Below the pieces are notes generated by a model. The model was not told the DNA's origin and searched no databases. It saw nothing but the letters and a program-made list of their open reading frames with translations. From an uncultured Gammaproteobacteria bacterium (GTDB taxonomy: Bacteria; Patescibacteriota; Patescibacteriia; Magasanikbacterales; GWA2-37-8), in assembly GCA_964596525.1 (NCBI GenBank), contig CAZQUL010000001.1, positions 742,509 through 806,508 on the forward strand: a stretch of 64,000 nt of DNA, given 5' to 3'. Of this stretch, positions 49,236 to 58,113 are shown piece after piece. A program made the translations under genes and the position numbers. Within the stretch, counting starts at the first letter, position 1, and the number at the start of each line of letters is the position of its first letter.

Positions 49236-50267
49236 ATGAAGAAACAATCCTCAAAGATAGAAACCCTGCCGGAGACAAAAACCGCGGTAATTTATGAAGA
49301 TAACCGAGGTAATTTCGAGCTTAAAGTTGATAAGGATTTGGAAACTATCTGGGTAACGCAGCTTCAGGTAGCTGAGCTTTTCGACGTTCAGAAAGCTGCT
49401 ATTTCTAAGCATCTCAAAAATATATTTGCCTCAGGAGAACTGCAGAAGCCGACAACTGTTTCCAAAATGGAAACAGTTCAAACCGAAGGTGGTCGGACGG
49501 TAAAAAGAGCTGTTGAATTTTATAATCTTGATTTGGTTATTGCTATCGGTTATCGCGTTAATTCAAAAAAAGCGACCCTCTTCCGTCAGTGGGCCACAAA
49601 AACTTTACGCGATTACCTTGTTAAAGGCTATATCTTAAACGAAAAACGTTTACGCGAGTCGCGCGAGACCAGCGTCAAAGAGCTCCAAAAAACAGTTAAG
49701 TTCATCCAAGAGACCGTTCGGCACCGACAGCTCGACCAGGCCGAGGTGGATAGCGTGCTGTCGGTTATTACTGGTTATGCCAATTCATGGCTTTTGCTTG
49801 GGCAGTACGACGAAAGCGCGCTGTCGGTTAAAAGAGGCGCTTCGGTGCCTCAGAAAAAACTGGAATACGAAACTGTTCGAATGTTTATAAACGATCTTAA
49901 GCGGCAATTACTCAGAAAAGGTGAAGCCGGCGAGTTATTTGGTAATGAACGAAATGATTCGCTACAGGGTATTCTTACCGCTCTCTATCAAACATTCGAT
50001 GGAAAAGAAGTTTATTCGAGTGCTGAAGAAAAGGCTGCGCATCTACTGTATTTTGTTATCAAGGATCATCCATTTTCCGATGGTAATAAGCGCATCGGAT
50101 CGTTTTTATTCATTATTTTTTTGGGCCGAAACCAGCTCTTATACCGTAAGAATGGCGAAAAGAAAATCAACGACAATACGCTTGTTGCCTTGGCGCTCTT
50201 GGTTGCTCAGAGCGATCCGAAAGAAAAAGATCAGATGATCGCTCTTATTACTCAATTGCTCGCATAA
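49236..50267 (+). CDS. RhuM/Fic/DOC family protein
   Basis: RhuM-like YNLDLVIAIGYRVNS..ATLFRQWAT and Fic motif HPFSDGNKR. Confidence 0.92.
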   Translation: MKKQSSKIETLPETKTAVIYEDNRGNFELKVDKDLETIWVTQLQVAELFDVQKAAISKHLKNIFASGELQKPTTVSKMETVQTEGGRTVKRAVEFYNLDLVIAIGYRVNSKKATLFRQWATKTLRDYLVKGYILNEKRLRESRETSVKELQKTVKFIQETVRHRQLDQAEVDSVLSVITGYANSWLLLGQYDESALSVKRGASVPQKKLEYETVRMFINDLKRQLLRKGEAGELFGNERNDSLQGILTALYQTFDGKEVYSSAEEKAAHLLYFVIKDHPFSDGNKRIGSFLFIIFLGRNQLLYRKNGEKKINDNTLVALALLVAQSDPKEKDQMIALITQLLA

Positions 50268-50272
50268 AATCT

Positions 50273-51118
50273 ATGAAAATTCTCATGATCGGCAAAGGAT
50301 ATGTGGGAGAGCGCTGCCTTGGCGCCTGGGGGAGCGAGGTTGTGCTCGCAGGAAAACGAGTGCACACCGTTGAGGATGCGCTCGAACTTATCGACCTCCA
50401 CAAGCCCGATGCAGTATTCAACGCAGCTGGCGTGCGCGGCAAACCGAACGTCGATTGGTGTGAAACGCATCAACTCGAGACGGTCGTTGGCAATACCATT
50501 TTACCTCTTATCATTGCCGAAGCCTGCCAGAAACGTAACGTGTACCTGCTTCACATCGGTTCTGGTTGCGTATTTTACGGCGAATCACCCGATAAAAAAG
50601 GTTGGAAAGAAGATGATTTTGGCAATCCGTCCGCGGTGTATTCCAGAGCGAAGTATGCCGCTGACCTAGCGTTGTCGGTACTCCCAAACGTTGGCATTGC
50701 CCGCATCCGCATGCCAATGGATTATATACCTTCATCTTTTAATATCATCGATAAGCTCGCTTTCTACGACCAGATTGTCGATGTTGAAAATAGCTTGACG
50801 GTCATCGAAGACATGATCAGTGTTTTTTACCAGCTTATAGAGAAAAAAGCGCCGGGAATTTTTCATGTCGTCAATCCGGGGACTATTAAGCATCGAGAAA
50901 TAATCGCGCTCTATAACGAGTTCGTAGACCCAAATAAGAAACCAACGTGGATCACTGAGGATGAGTTGGTGGCTAAAGGTTTGGTGTCGAAAAAACGATC
51001 GACGAACAAACTGCAATCGCTCCGGCTCGCTGAATACGGAATCACCATGCGCGAGGCGCACGAAGCGGCGCGTGAAACGATGCGGCGGTATGCAGAAGAA
51101 TTAAAAAAGACCGTATAA
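50273..51118 (+). CDS. NDP-4-keto-6-deoxyglucose epimerase/reductase (RmlD-like, NRS/ER type)
   Basis: KPDAVFNAAGVRGKPNVDWCE, SGCVF, YSRAK, RIRMP. Confidence 0.85.
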   Translation: MKILMIGKGYVGERCLGAWGSEVVLAGKRVHTVEDALELIDLHKPDAVFNAAGVRGKPNVDWCETHQLETVVGNTILPLIIAEACQKRNVYLLHIGSGCVFYGESPDKKGWKEDDFGNPSAVYSRAKYAADLALSVLPNVGIARIRMPMDYIPSSFNIIDKLAFYDQIVDVENSLTVIEDMISVFYQLIEKKAPGIFHVVNPGTIKHREIIALYNEFVDPNKKPTWITEDELVAKGLVSKKRSTNKLQSLRLAEYGITMREAHEAARETMRRYAEELKKTV

Positions 51119-51173
51119 AAAAGACCCGGCGACGTGCGAAGCCGAGTCTGTGTGTGGCTGGGGTGGGTGCTGT

Positions 51174-51509
51174 CTAATCGTCGTAGGTGCAGAAATGCTT
51201 GTATCGATAGAAGTTAACTTGGATGTAGATTCCCTTAGCCTGGACATAACCCCCGCAGAGGACACGATAGCTCGTGTTTGTCTTGAGCCTCACCTTGAAC
51301 CAAGACATTCCTTTTTCATCCGTGATTTTGGTTCCAAAGCTGTACGTGCCGTCGGCGGATTGGATCTCCGTCCTCGTTCCTCTGACCATGCTCTGTACGA
51401 GAATAGCGACCTCTTGTTCGCTGTTATCGTTCTTGGGCTCGGTGAGCGCCGGTGAGCTTGTTAGCAGGATACCAGCTACGATGAAGGTATAAAGTGCACG
51501 AAACAGCAT
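51174..51509 (-). CDS. Small secreted protein, paralog of 51664-51999 (SD-led)
   Basis: Signal peptide, 2 Cys, SD GAGGAGG, TTGACA-17-TAGCTT promoter. Confidence 0.75.
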   Translation of the reverse strand: MLFRALYTFIVAGILLTSSPALTEPKNDNSEQEVAILVQSMVRGTRTEIQSADGTYSFGTKITDEKGMSWFKVRLKTNTSYRVLCGGYVQAKGIYIQVNFYRYKHFCTYDD

Positions 51510-51663
51510 GACAGTTCCTCCTCTGGTTGGCTGACAAAAAAAGCTACCATGCTGTGATCGGTTTGTCAATACTATCTCTTGGCGTCTCTCTTTGATTGAG
51601 CTAAAAACAAAAATCCCTCCAACGACCCCCGAGCTTGGCTCGGAAGATTGTTGGAGGTGGGGC

Positions 51664-51999
51664 TTAGAAGGCGCACACCTGTTCGTAGCGGTAGGTATCG
51701 GGCTCGAGGGAAATTCCTTTTCTGCTCAGTCGATCGTTGCAGGTGAGGCGATAACTCATACCGTATACGAGATCGATTTCAAAGAGTGCCCGTCCATTTT
51801 TATCCGCCATCGCCTTGGCAATCTGGCGTTTTCCGTCGGACGTTTGAATCTTTACTTCCGCATCCGGTTCGGTAGTGATGACGATCCTCACCGAGTAAAC
51901 TTGCCCTCCCTTGGCTGATGAGGAATTGTTCGCCTGCGCGGTTGAACCGATAAGAAGAGCGGTTAGAATGAGCGGACGAAGGCTTGAAATGAGCGACAT
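51664..51999 (-). CDS. Small secreted protein, paralog of 51174-51509 (SD-led)
   Basis: Signal peptide (AQA), 2 Cys, SD GAGGAGG, TTGACA-17-TAAGAT promoter. Confidence 0.78.
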   Translation of the reverse strand: MSLISSLRPLILTALLIGSTAQANNSSSAKGGQVYSVRIVITTEPDAEVKIQTSDGKRQIAKAMADKNGRALFEIDLVYGMSYRLTCNDRLSRKGISLEPDTYRYEQVCAF

Positions 52000-52156
52000 G
52001 GCAGTTCCTCCTCTGGTTGACGAGACAAAAAATCTTAGCTATTTTTTTGAATTTTGTCAATATACAACCTGAATTGTGCTTAATTAAAACGTTTGCCATT
52101 TTAGACAGTTTCCTGGTCTAATGCTACTCTAAAAACAGACTTTATACTCTTTTTGT

Positions 52157-53233
52157 ATGAACCCCATCATACTTGATGACATCTCAGCCATTAAAGCGCT
52201 CGATACGCAGAATATGCTTGCGAGCCTCGAACTTTTACCCGAGCAAATGAGAGCGATCGCACATGAGGCAGAAACGCTCCGTCTCTCGGCGCGACATAAA
52301 AAAGCCCGCCATATCGTGGTGTGCGGTATGGGCGGCTCAACACTTGCCTCGCATGTCATTAAAGCGCTCTACAGTGATGTACTACCGGTTCCTTTGGAAA
52401 TCATAAACGGTTACGACCTTCCGCGGTACGTTGGAAAAGATACGGCGGTGATGGTAACGAGTTATTCCGGAACCACAGAAGAAGCCATTGCCTGTTTTAA
52501 AGACGCTGTTAAACGGCGCGCCGAGGTGTTCGTGCTTACGTCCGGTGGAGAGCTCCAAAAACTGGCGCGTAAAAACGGGGTTCCGTCATTAATTTTTTCT
52601 ACGGATAATAATCCTTGTCATTCGCCGCGCATGGGGCTTGGATATTCACTCGTTGGACAGCTCGCGTTTTTTAGTGCGCTTGGATTTATTCCGTGGCGTC
52701 TCTCCGAAGTAAAAAATATGTTCATGGCGGCTCGTCATGCCCAAGAGCGCTACGGAGTGCACAAAAATACCGCTGCCAATCCGGCTAAGGAAGCGGCGCT
52801 CAAAATGGCTGGCCGGAGCATCTGGTGGGTTGCGGCTGAGCATTTGGCGGGCAGCGCGCATATCGGAGCCAACCAAACGAACGAAAACGCCAAACGTTTC
52901 GCGGGATATTTCATTATTCCCGAACTCAACCATCACCTCATGGAAGGGATAACCCACCCAATCTCAAACCGCGATCATGCCCTCTTCATACTTCTTGAAT
53001 CGGGGGCTTATGACAAGCGCATTATAAAACGTTTCGCGGTTACCAAAGACGTACTTGAGAAAAACTCGATTTCGCACATCTCGCTCATAGCGAGCGAAAA
53101 GAAACTAATACATCAGATCGTCGAAACTCTGGTGTTTACAAGTTATGCCAGTTTCTACGCTGCCCTTGCACAAGGTATCGATCCGACCGCCATTCCGTAC
53201 GTGGATTTTTTTAAGGAGCAGCTGAAAAAATGA
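52157..53233 (+). CDS. Bifunctional phosphoglucose/phosphomannose isomerase (SIS domain)
   Basis: CGMGGS, SYSGTTEE, NENAK, PELNHH. Confidence 0.92.
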   Translation: MNPIILDDISAIKALDTQNMLASLELLPEQMRAIAHEAETLRLSARHKKARHIVVCGMGGSTLASHVIKALYSDVLPVPLEIINGYDLPRYVGKDTAVMVTSYSGTTEEAIACFKDAVKRRAEVFVLTSGGELQKLARKNGVPSLIFSTDNNPCHSPRMGLGYSLVGQLAFFSALGFIPWRLSEVKNMFMAARHAQERYGVHKNTAANPAKEAALKMAGRSIWWVAAEHLAGSAHIGANQTNENAKRFAGYFIIPELNHHLMEGITHPISNRDHALFILLESGAYDKRIIKRFAVTKDVLEKNSISHISLIASEKKLIHQIVETLVFTSYASFYAALAQGIDPTAIPYVDFFKEQLKK

Positions 53234-53256
53234 ATTTCAGGTCAATTATATTAAAG

Positions 53257-53286
53257 AACGGCTCTCATTTTGAGAGCCGTTTTTTT
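53257..53286. terminator. Bidirectional intrinsic terminator
   Basis: AACGGCTCTCA-TTT-TGAGAGCCGTT followed by a T-run. Confidence 0.8.
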
Positions 53287-54040
53287 AGAACGTGCAGCTG
53301 CGGAGGTTGGTGCTGGTCGGGGCGGTGCACTCTCGGAAGGTGGTCGTGCCGCCGTGGTCTTGCCAGGAGGTGGGTCGAGGAGGGGGGAGGCGCACTTTGA
53401 GCGTGTCGCCCGGTACGAGCGTGGTAATCGACGTAAGTGATCCGTCATTGGGTAACAGGGCGTAGTTATTATAAGCCGAGGTTACCCCGTTTGACGACGG
53501 GCGAAACATGGTTACGACGCCCTCTTGCCCCTGCTTATTCCTCCAGGTAAAGCCGCTCATGGGGAGCTTGCTCGAAGGGAAGGCCATACCCTGAAACAGG
53601 GCGCCCTCCTCGACCGTTACCCATACTGCCTGGAGCCCCAGGCTGCCGCTCGAATCCGTAGAAGAATATTCGAGCTTCAGGCTTTCATCGTCGAAATAGA
53701 CCAGCGCGAAATCCTTGGGCGGTCGCGGCTGGCAGAAGCCGTTGGGGTAGGCGAACGGCTCGCCATTTCCATCGCTCGCGGCGTAGTAGCCAGCGAGGTT
53801 GCGTGCCCAGTACTGGCAGTTTTCACCCAAGACCATCGTGCGGCAGCCGTGGTTTGTGGCTGGCCCGGCATAGCGCGGGCACCAATCTTCGCCCTCTTGG
53901 GGATTCGCTGGGTCGATTGCATTGGGCACGCCATCATGATCCATGTCGTTCGAATCATCGGGCAGGCCCGGTGCTTGGCAGCCGGTAAAAAACAGGGTCA
54001 GAATGGCGGGAAAGATCTTATTGTGCAGAGATTGACGCAT
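53285..54040 (-). CDS. Putative lipoprotein with thrombospondin type-3-like Ca-binding motif (SD-led)
   Basis: Lipobox FFTG-C; DMDHDGVPNAID and DWCP..AGP..NHGC; SD AGGAGG. Confidence 0.72.
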   Translation of the reverse strand: MRQSLHNKIFPAILTLFFTGCQAPGLPDDSNDMDHDGVPNAIDPANPQEGEDWCPRYAGPATNHGCRTMVLGENCQYWARNLAGYYAASDGNGEPFAYPNGFCQPRPPKDFALVYFDDESLKLEYSSTDSSGSLGLQAVWVTVEEGALFQGMAFPSSKLPMSGFTWRNKQGQEGVVTMFRPSSNGVTSAYNNYALLPNDGSLTSITTLVPGDTLKVRLPPPRPTSWQDHGGTTTFRECTAPTSTNLRSCTF

Positions 54041-54236
54041 CGGGTCTCCTCCTGAAACGAGACATGAGCAGTAAACGATTTTTTAGCATTCTTGTCAAAT
54101 TTTTTATGATAACCTTAACTCGTGAAGTTTTTTTCGTAAGACATCGAGCAATAATTTATCTTCGTGATATTATTGACAAAACTTGTAAATTAGCGTATAT
54201 TTTTTTGTTATTGCTTCCGTTGCCAAGGAGTGCGCC

Positions 54237-54509
54237 ATGAATCAACGAACCGTTTGCGCGTTGTTTTTTATTGCCGCCTTGGTGTGCGTTCCGTCGTGGA
54301 GCGTTGCTGCGGAGACATGCGTAGAACGTAATAATCGTCTTGCACACGAGGAAGAGGTGATGGCTGCGAAAATGGATGTGGTGGCGGCTGCTGCCGAGGC
54401 GGCAGGCGACCAAAAGAAAGCAGAGAATGCCCGCATCCTTGCGGGTGCGCACCGCGCCGCCGCCGCAGTCTATCGGCAACAGGCGGAAAACTGCGCGAAC
54501 GTTGCTTAG
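54237..54509 (+). CDS. Small secreted Ala-rich helical protein (SD-led)
   Basis: Signal peptide; two Cys in the mature part; SD AAGGAG; TTGACA-17-TATATT promoter. Confidence 0.7.
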   Translation: MNQRTVCALFFIAALVCVPSWSVAAETCVERNNRLAHEEEVMAAKMDVVAAAAEAAGDQKKAENARILAGAHRAAAAVYRQQAENCANVA

Positions 54510-54598
54510 ATTTTCCCTCGTCTAGCCTGTAGGTAGATGAGGGGCTTTGTTTTTAATACCTTGTCTCACAGTTCATGCCGTGATTAAATACGCCACAT

Positions 54599-55378
54599 AT
54601 GATTGACCTTTCCGTCATTACCGTCTGTTGGAATTCCGCCGAATATATCGCCCGCCAAATCGCTTCGGTGCACGCTGCCGCGGATGGTTTAGTGTACGAA
54701 CATATTATCATCGACAACGGCTCGATGGACCAGACCGTGACAGAGATTCGTGCCCGATTTCCTTCTGTGACGCTTGTCGAAAACGGAATGAACCTCGGCT
54801 TCGCCGCAGCAAACAATAAAGGTTTTGCGGTTTCTTCCGGCCGTTATATCTTATTCCTTAATCCTGATATGACGCTTCAGCCTGGAAGCCTTAAGCGGTG
54901 GATTGCATGGATGGATGAGCATCCCCGTACTGCTCTTTCTGGCTGCATGCTCGTTGATACTCACGGCATGCCTATAACCGAAGCTTGCCCGCGCCGATTC
55001 CCGACTCCTCTCGACCAGTTTTTGCTGGTCACTAAATTGCACCGTTGGTTCCAAAAACCGCTCGAGCATTATCGTATGAAAGGTTTTGATGCAGAATGCG
55101 AACAGGAGGTCGATTCGGTGCGCGGGTCGTGCATGATGGCTCGGCGAGATTTTTTGGATCAGCTCGGCTTCGCTTTTGACCCGCGGTACTTCATTTGGTT
55201 TGAAGATGTCGATGTATGCCGCGAAGCGATTTCGCGCGACTGGAAAGTATTCTACACCCCGGTCGTTCGCGCGACCGATTTTATAGGGCGCAGTTTTGCC
55301 AAACGCGGATCATGGTGGAAGCGGTGGCAGTTTTTGAAAAGCATGTTCATATATTTTTGGAAGTGGCGAGGCGTTTAA
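54599..55378 (+). CDS. Glycosyltransferase family 2 (WbbL/rhamnosyltransferase-like)
   Basis: IDNGS, NLGFAAANN, FLNPD, YFIWFEDVD. Confidence 0.92.
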   Translation: MIDLSVITVCWNSAEYIARQIASVHAAADGLVYEHIIIDNGSMDQTVTEIRARFPSVTLVENGMNLGFAAANNKGFAVSSGRYILFLNPDMTLQPGSLKRWIAWMDEHPRTALSGCMLVDTHGMPITEACPRRFPTPLDQFLLVTKLHRWFQKPLEHYRMKGFDAECEQEVDSVRGSCMMARRDFLDQLGFAFDPRYFIWFEDVDVCREAISRDWKVFYTPVVRATDFIGRSFAKRGSWWKRWQFLKSMFIYFWKWRGV

Positions 55379-55862
55379 AAAACAAGGCACCCTGCTCCGA
55401 AGAGCAGGGTTGTTGAACTGCCAGTCCTACCTATCCCAAAAAGGACAGTCATCGTTGAAGCGATGTAAAAAGACTGACTAGACCTCCGCGAGTCCATGGT
55501 GTGAACGGGTGCCACCCCTACCGCTAGCTTTTTGACAATACTGCACGCTCTGCGTACAGTTCCGGTAAGGTCCCTTGGGTAGCGCCGGATACGGTATTTC
55601 GTAACCCGCTACCCCCACCTTGTATATCACGTCGCGTGTCGGCACCTCGTGGGTTCTTAAGCTACCACGCAGGATTGTCAGCAGGAAAGCGTTCCTTTTT
55701 CAACCTTGCTGACGTCGAACGGTCCCCGGTAGAACGAGGAACATGCGTTCGATTATTATCCGACTCTCGCGCCGCAATAACCGCTGTCACACTGGGTGCT
55801 GTTGGAGGATATAGAGTGTGCGTATCACGCTATATCCCCGAACAGTACCTGCTGAGAAAGAA
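55377..55862 (-). ncRNA. Candidate large structured non-coding RNA of unassigned family
   Basis: Upstream promoter, dense series of hairpins, 3' cUUCGg hairpin followed by a U-tract, no credible ORF. Confidence 0.7.
55389..55410 (-). terminator. Terminator-like hairpin at the 3' end of the candidate ncRNA
   Basis: Minus strand ACCCTGCTC-TTCG-GAGCAGGGT then GCCTTGTTTTTT. Confidence 0.75.
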
Positions 55863-55868
55863 CATAAA

Positions 55869-55897
55869 ATAATACCATCACGTTACATTTTTGTCAA
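55869..55897 (-). promoter_or_regulatory. sigma70-type promoter driving the candidate ncRNA
   Basis: TTGACA-17 nt-TATTAT with extended -10 TG. Confidence 0.8.
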
Positions 55898-55903
55898 GCC
55901 TAT

Positions 55904-56887
55904 ATGGCCCGTTTAGCTCTTCATCTCGTTACCTGGAACGGAGCGCGGTATCTGCCGTTCTTGTTTGAGTCGCTTAAACGCCAGGTATATTCCGATGTTG
56001 TGCTTCGAGTGTGGGACAACCATTCTGTCGATGGTACTCTTACGCTCCTCAAGAAAGAACTGGCTAATTTTCCTCATCCACACACTTTTATTGAATCGCC
56101 GGAAAATATCGGCTTTGCCGGCGGACATAATCAGCTTTTTAAAGAATGCAAGGAAGAATTCGTGCTGCTTATCAACCAGGATTTGTATCTTCTGCCGGAG
56201 TGCATTGCACTTCTTGTTGAAGCGCTTGAGAGTGACCAAAAAATTGCTTCGGTAACGCCGCGTCTCATGAAATGGAATTTTTTTGTGATACAAGATCAAG
56301 GACTGCCCGCGAGCTTCTCTTCGACTGTCGATTCGTTGGGCCTTAGTATGTTCCGCTCGCGCCGTGTCGTTGATTGGTGCGCAGGGGATGAGTGGGAGAA
56401 GATTGCCGATCGGTTTTCTTCGGCGCAATTTCGCCCAGTCTTTGGCGTTTCGGGAGCTTTGGCCCTATATCGGGTAAGCGCGTTGCGTGCTGTTGCTGAT
56501 GCTGAAGGGAATATATTCGACCCGCGTTTTGAGTCGTACAAAGAAGATGTTGAGTTGGCGTGGCGGCTGGATAAAAATGGGTATAAAGCACTTGTCGTGC
56601 CCGGGGCGATTGCCTACCACGATCGTACAGCCGCTATGCCAGAGAGCGGTTTAGGTGATTACGCAGCAGCGAAGAATAAAAAAAAACAAAGCGCGCGCGT
56701 CCGATTCTTAAGCTATCGTAATCATCTATTAATGCTTTTTAAACATGAAACCGTTCGCACATTTTTTTCTCGTGCGCCGTGGATAGTATGGTATGAACTT
56801 AAGAAAGTAGTTTTTCTCATTTTTACCGATCCAAAGCTCGTTTTTGCTGCCTGGAAAAGCATATGTGCGCGGCGTCAGCGCCGATAA
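55904..56887 (+). CDS. Glycosyltransferase family 2
   Basis: VTWNG, WDNHSVD, NIGFAGGHN, INQD, YKEDVELAWR. Confidence 0.92.
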   Translation: MARLALHLVTWNGARYLPFLFESLKRQVYSDVVLRVWDNHSVDGTLTLLKKELANFPHPHTFIESPENIGFAGGHNQLFKECKEEFVLLINQDLYLLPECIALLVEALESDQKIASVTPRLMKWNFFVIQDQGLPASFSSTVDSLGLSMFRSRRVVDWCAGDEWEKIADRFSSAQFRPVFGVSGALALYRVSALRAVADAEGNIFDPRFESYKEDVELAWRLDKNGYKALVVPGAIAYHDRTAAMPESGLGDYAAAKNKKKQSARVRFLSYRNHLLMLFKHETVRTFFSRAPWIVWYELKKVVFLIFTDPKLVFAAWKSICARRQRR

Positions 56888-56933
56888 CAAAAGCCGCAAG
56901 CACAGGCTCGCGGCGATGGGGGATAACAGACTT

Positions 56934-57896
56934 CTACTTGACAACGATCAGTGTCTTGGTGAAGCGCGGGCCGAGCGTGGCGCTGTGTGACGAATCGATG
57001 CTCATCACTTCGACCGTCAGGCCGCAGTAGAATCCGCCGGTCTTGGCCGAGGCCGGAAAGCTAGCTGTCAGGATAATCTTCCCGGTGGTATGCTTGCGGA
57101 ACACGTAATTCACGTTCCTGAAAATGAGCGTGCCGCCCGTCATGTCGAGCGCCGAGGTGATGGGGATCCGGTTCGCATCGAGCAGCCGGACGTTCGTAAG
57201 CGTTTCGTAGTCCGGGCAGGTTACGATCGCGCCGTAGATCGAGGTATCCTCAGTGCCCGTGGTGTCGTACTCGCCGATTTCGACATCGTCCGTTCCGGCT
57301 AGGATCTGACCGTTGCGGGAATTCCTGTTCAGCTCGATGTTGAAGATCCCCTTCACGATGCGGTGCTCAGCATACTTTACCTCCTCCGTCCCTTCTGCAT
57401 ACCGGGTCGTGAGCAGCGCGCCGGTGTGGCCATCGATGACCGACCACTCGGGAGTGAAGCGGAACGAAGTGTTGGCGCCGCCGCCGACGGACGTGTAAAA
57501 GCGCGGCTCGAATGTTTCACCCTTCTTCAGATAGATCGGTCCGGCGTCGCACTTGTAATAGGTATACGACGTGTCGGGCTGGCAGGTAGCCATCTTGTCC
57601 TGGGCGTTCCACATGGCAATCGTGGGGCCGATAGCTTCCCAGCTCGTCGTGCCCTCGCGGATCAGGGCGAAGCGGGGGATGACCGACTCCTGCCGGGTGG
57701 CCGTAAAAACGATGCCGTATCCGACCGAGCGGTTGGTGACCCCCTCGGACGTCCATTCGAGTGTTGTAGACCGGTTGGTCACAATGAGCCCTGTGTTGGT
57801 ATCATCGTGTGCCGAGTCGCCGATGGGGACGCTGCCGCAGCCGATGAGAGTGGAGGTGCAGATACTGGCGAGAACAAGCGACAGGTAGCGCTTCAT
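56934..57896 (-). CDS. Putative lipoprotein, beta-rich (SD-led)
   Basis: Lipobox LIG-C; SD GGGAGG; TTGACA-17-TAGCGT promoter; GC-rich codons. Confidence 0.75.
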   Translation of the reverse strand: MKRYLSLVLASICTSTLIGCGSVPIGDSAHDDTNTGLIVTNRSTTLEWTSEGVTNRSVGYGIVFTATRQESVIPRFALIREGTTSWEAIGPTIAMWNAQDKMATCQPDTSYTYYKCDAGPIYLKKGETFEPRFYTSVGGGANTSFRFTPEWSVIDGHTGALLTTRYAEGTEEVKYAEHRIVKGIFNIELNRNSRNGQILAGTDDVEIGEYDTTGTEDTSIYGAIVTCPDYETLTNVRLLDANRIPITSALDMTGGTLIFRNVNYVFRKHTTGKIILTASFPASAKTGGFYCGLTVEVMSIDSSHSATLGPRFTKTLIVVK

Positions 57897-58113
57897 GACG
57901 TTCCTCCCTGGTGCCATGTTTAAAGAGCACCGGATGTTCTAAACGCTAGCAGATTTTGCCCTACATGTCAATATATAAGCGGAAAAGTCGCACTAGCGCC
58001 TGCCTTAAGCCGGCAGGTAGAAATTGTTATATACAAAAGAGGTTTTTTGGCTAAAAGAGAAGTTTTATTTGCCTTTTTCTGCCTGCCTCGCTACAATCCG
58101 GGTATTATTTCGT

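Noticed and set aside
55506-55519. T-box-like AGGGGTGGCACC in the candidate ncRNA
   Set aside because: Imperfect motif, no recognisable stem I, and no same-strand downstream gene to regulate
55636-55872. 78-aa + strand ORF in the ncRNA region
   Set aside because: GTG start without SD, no motif, and lies within dense RNA structure with promoter and terminator on the opposite strand
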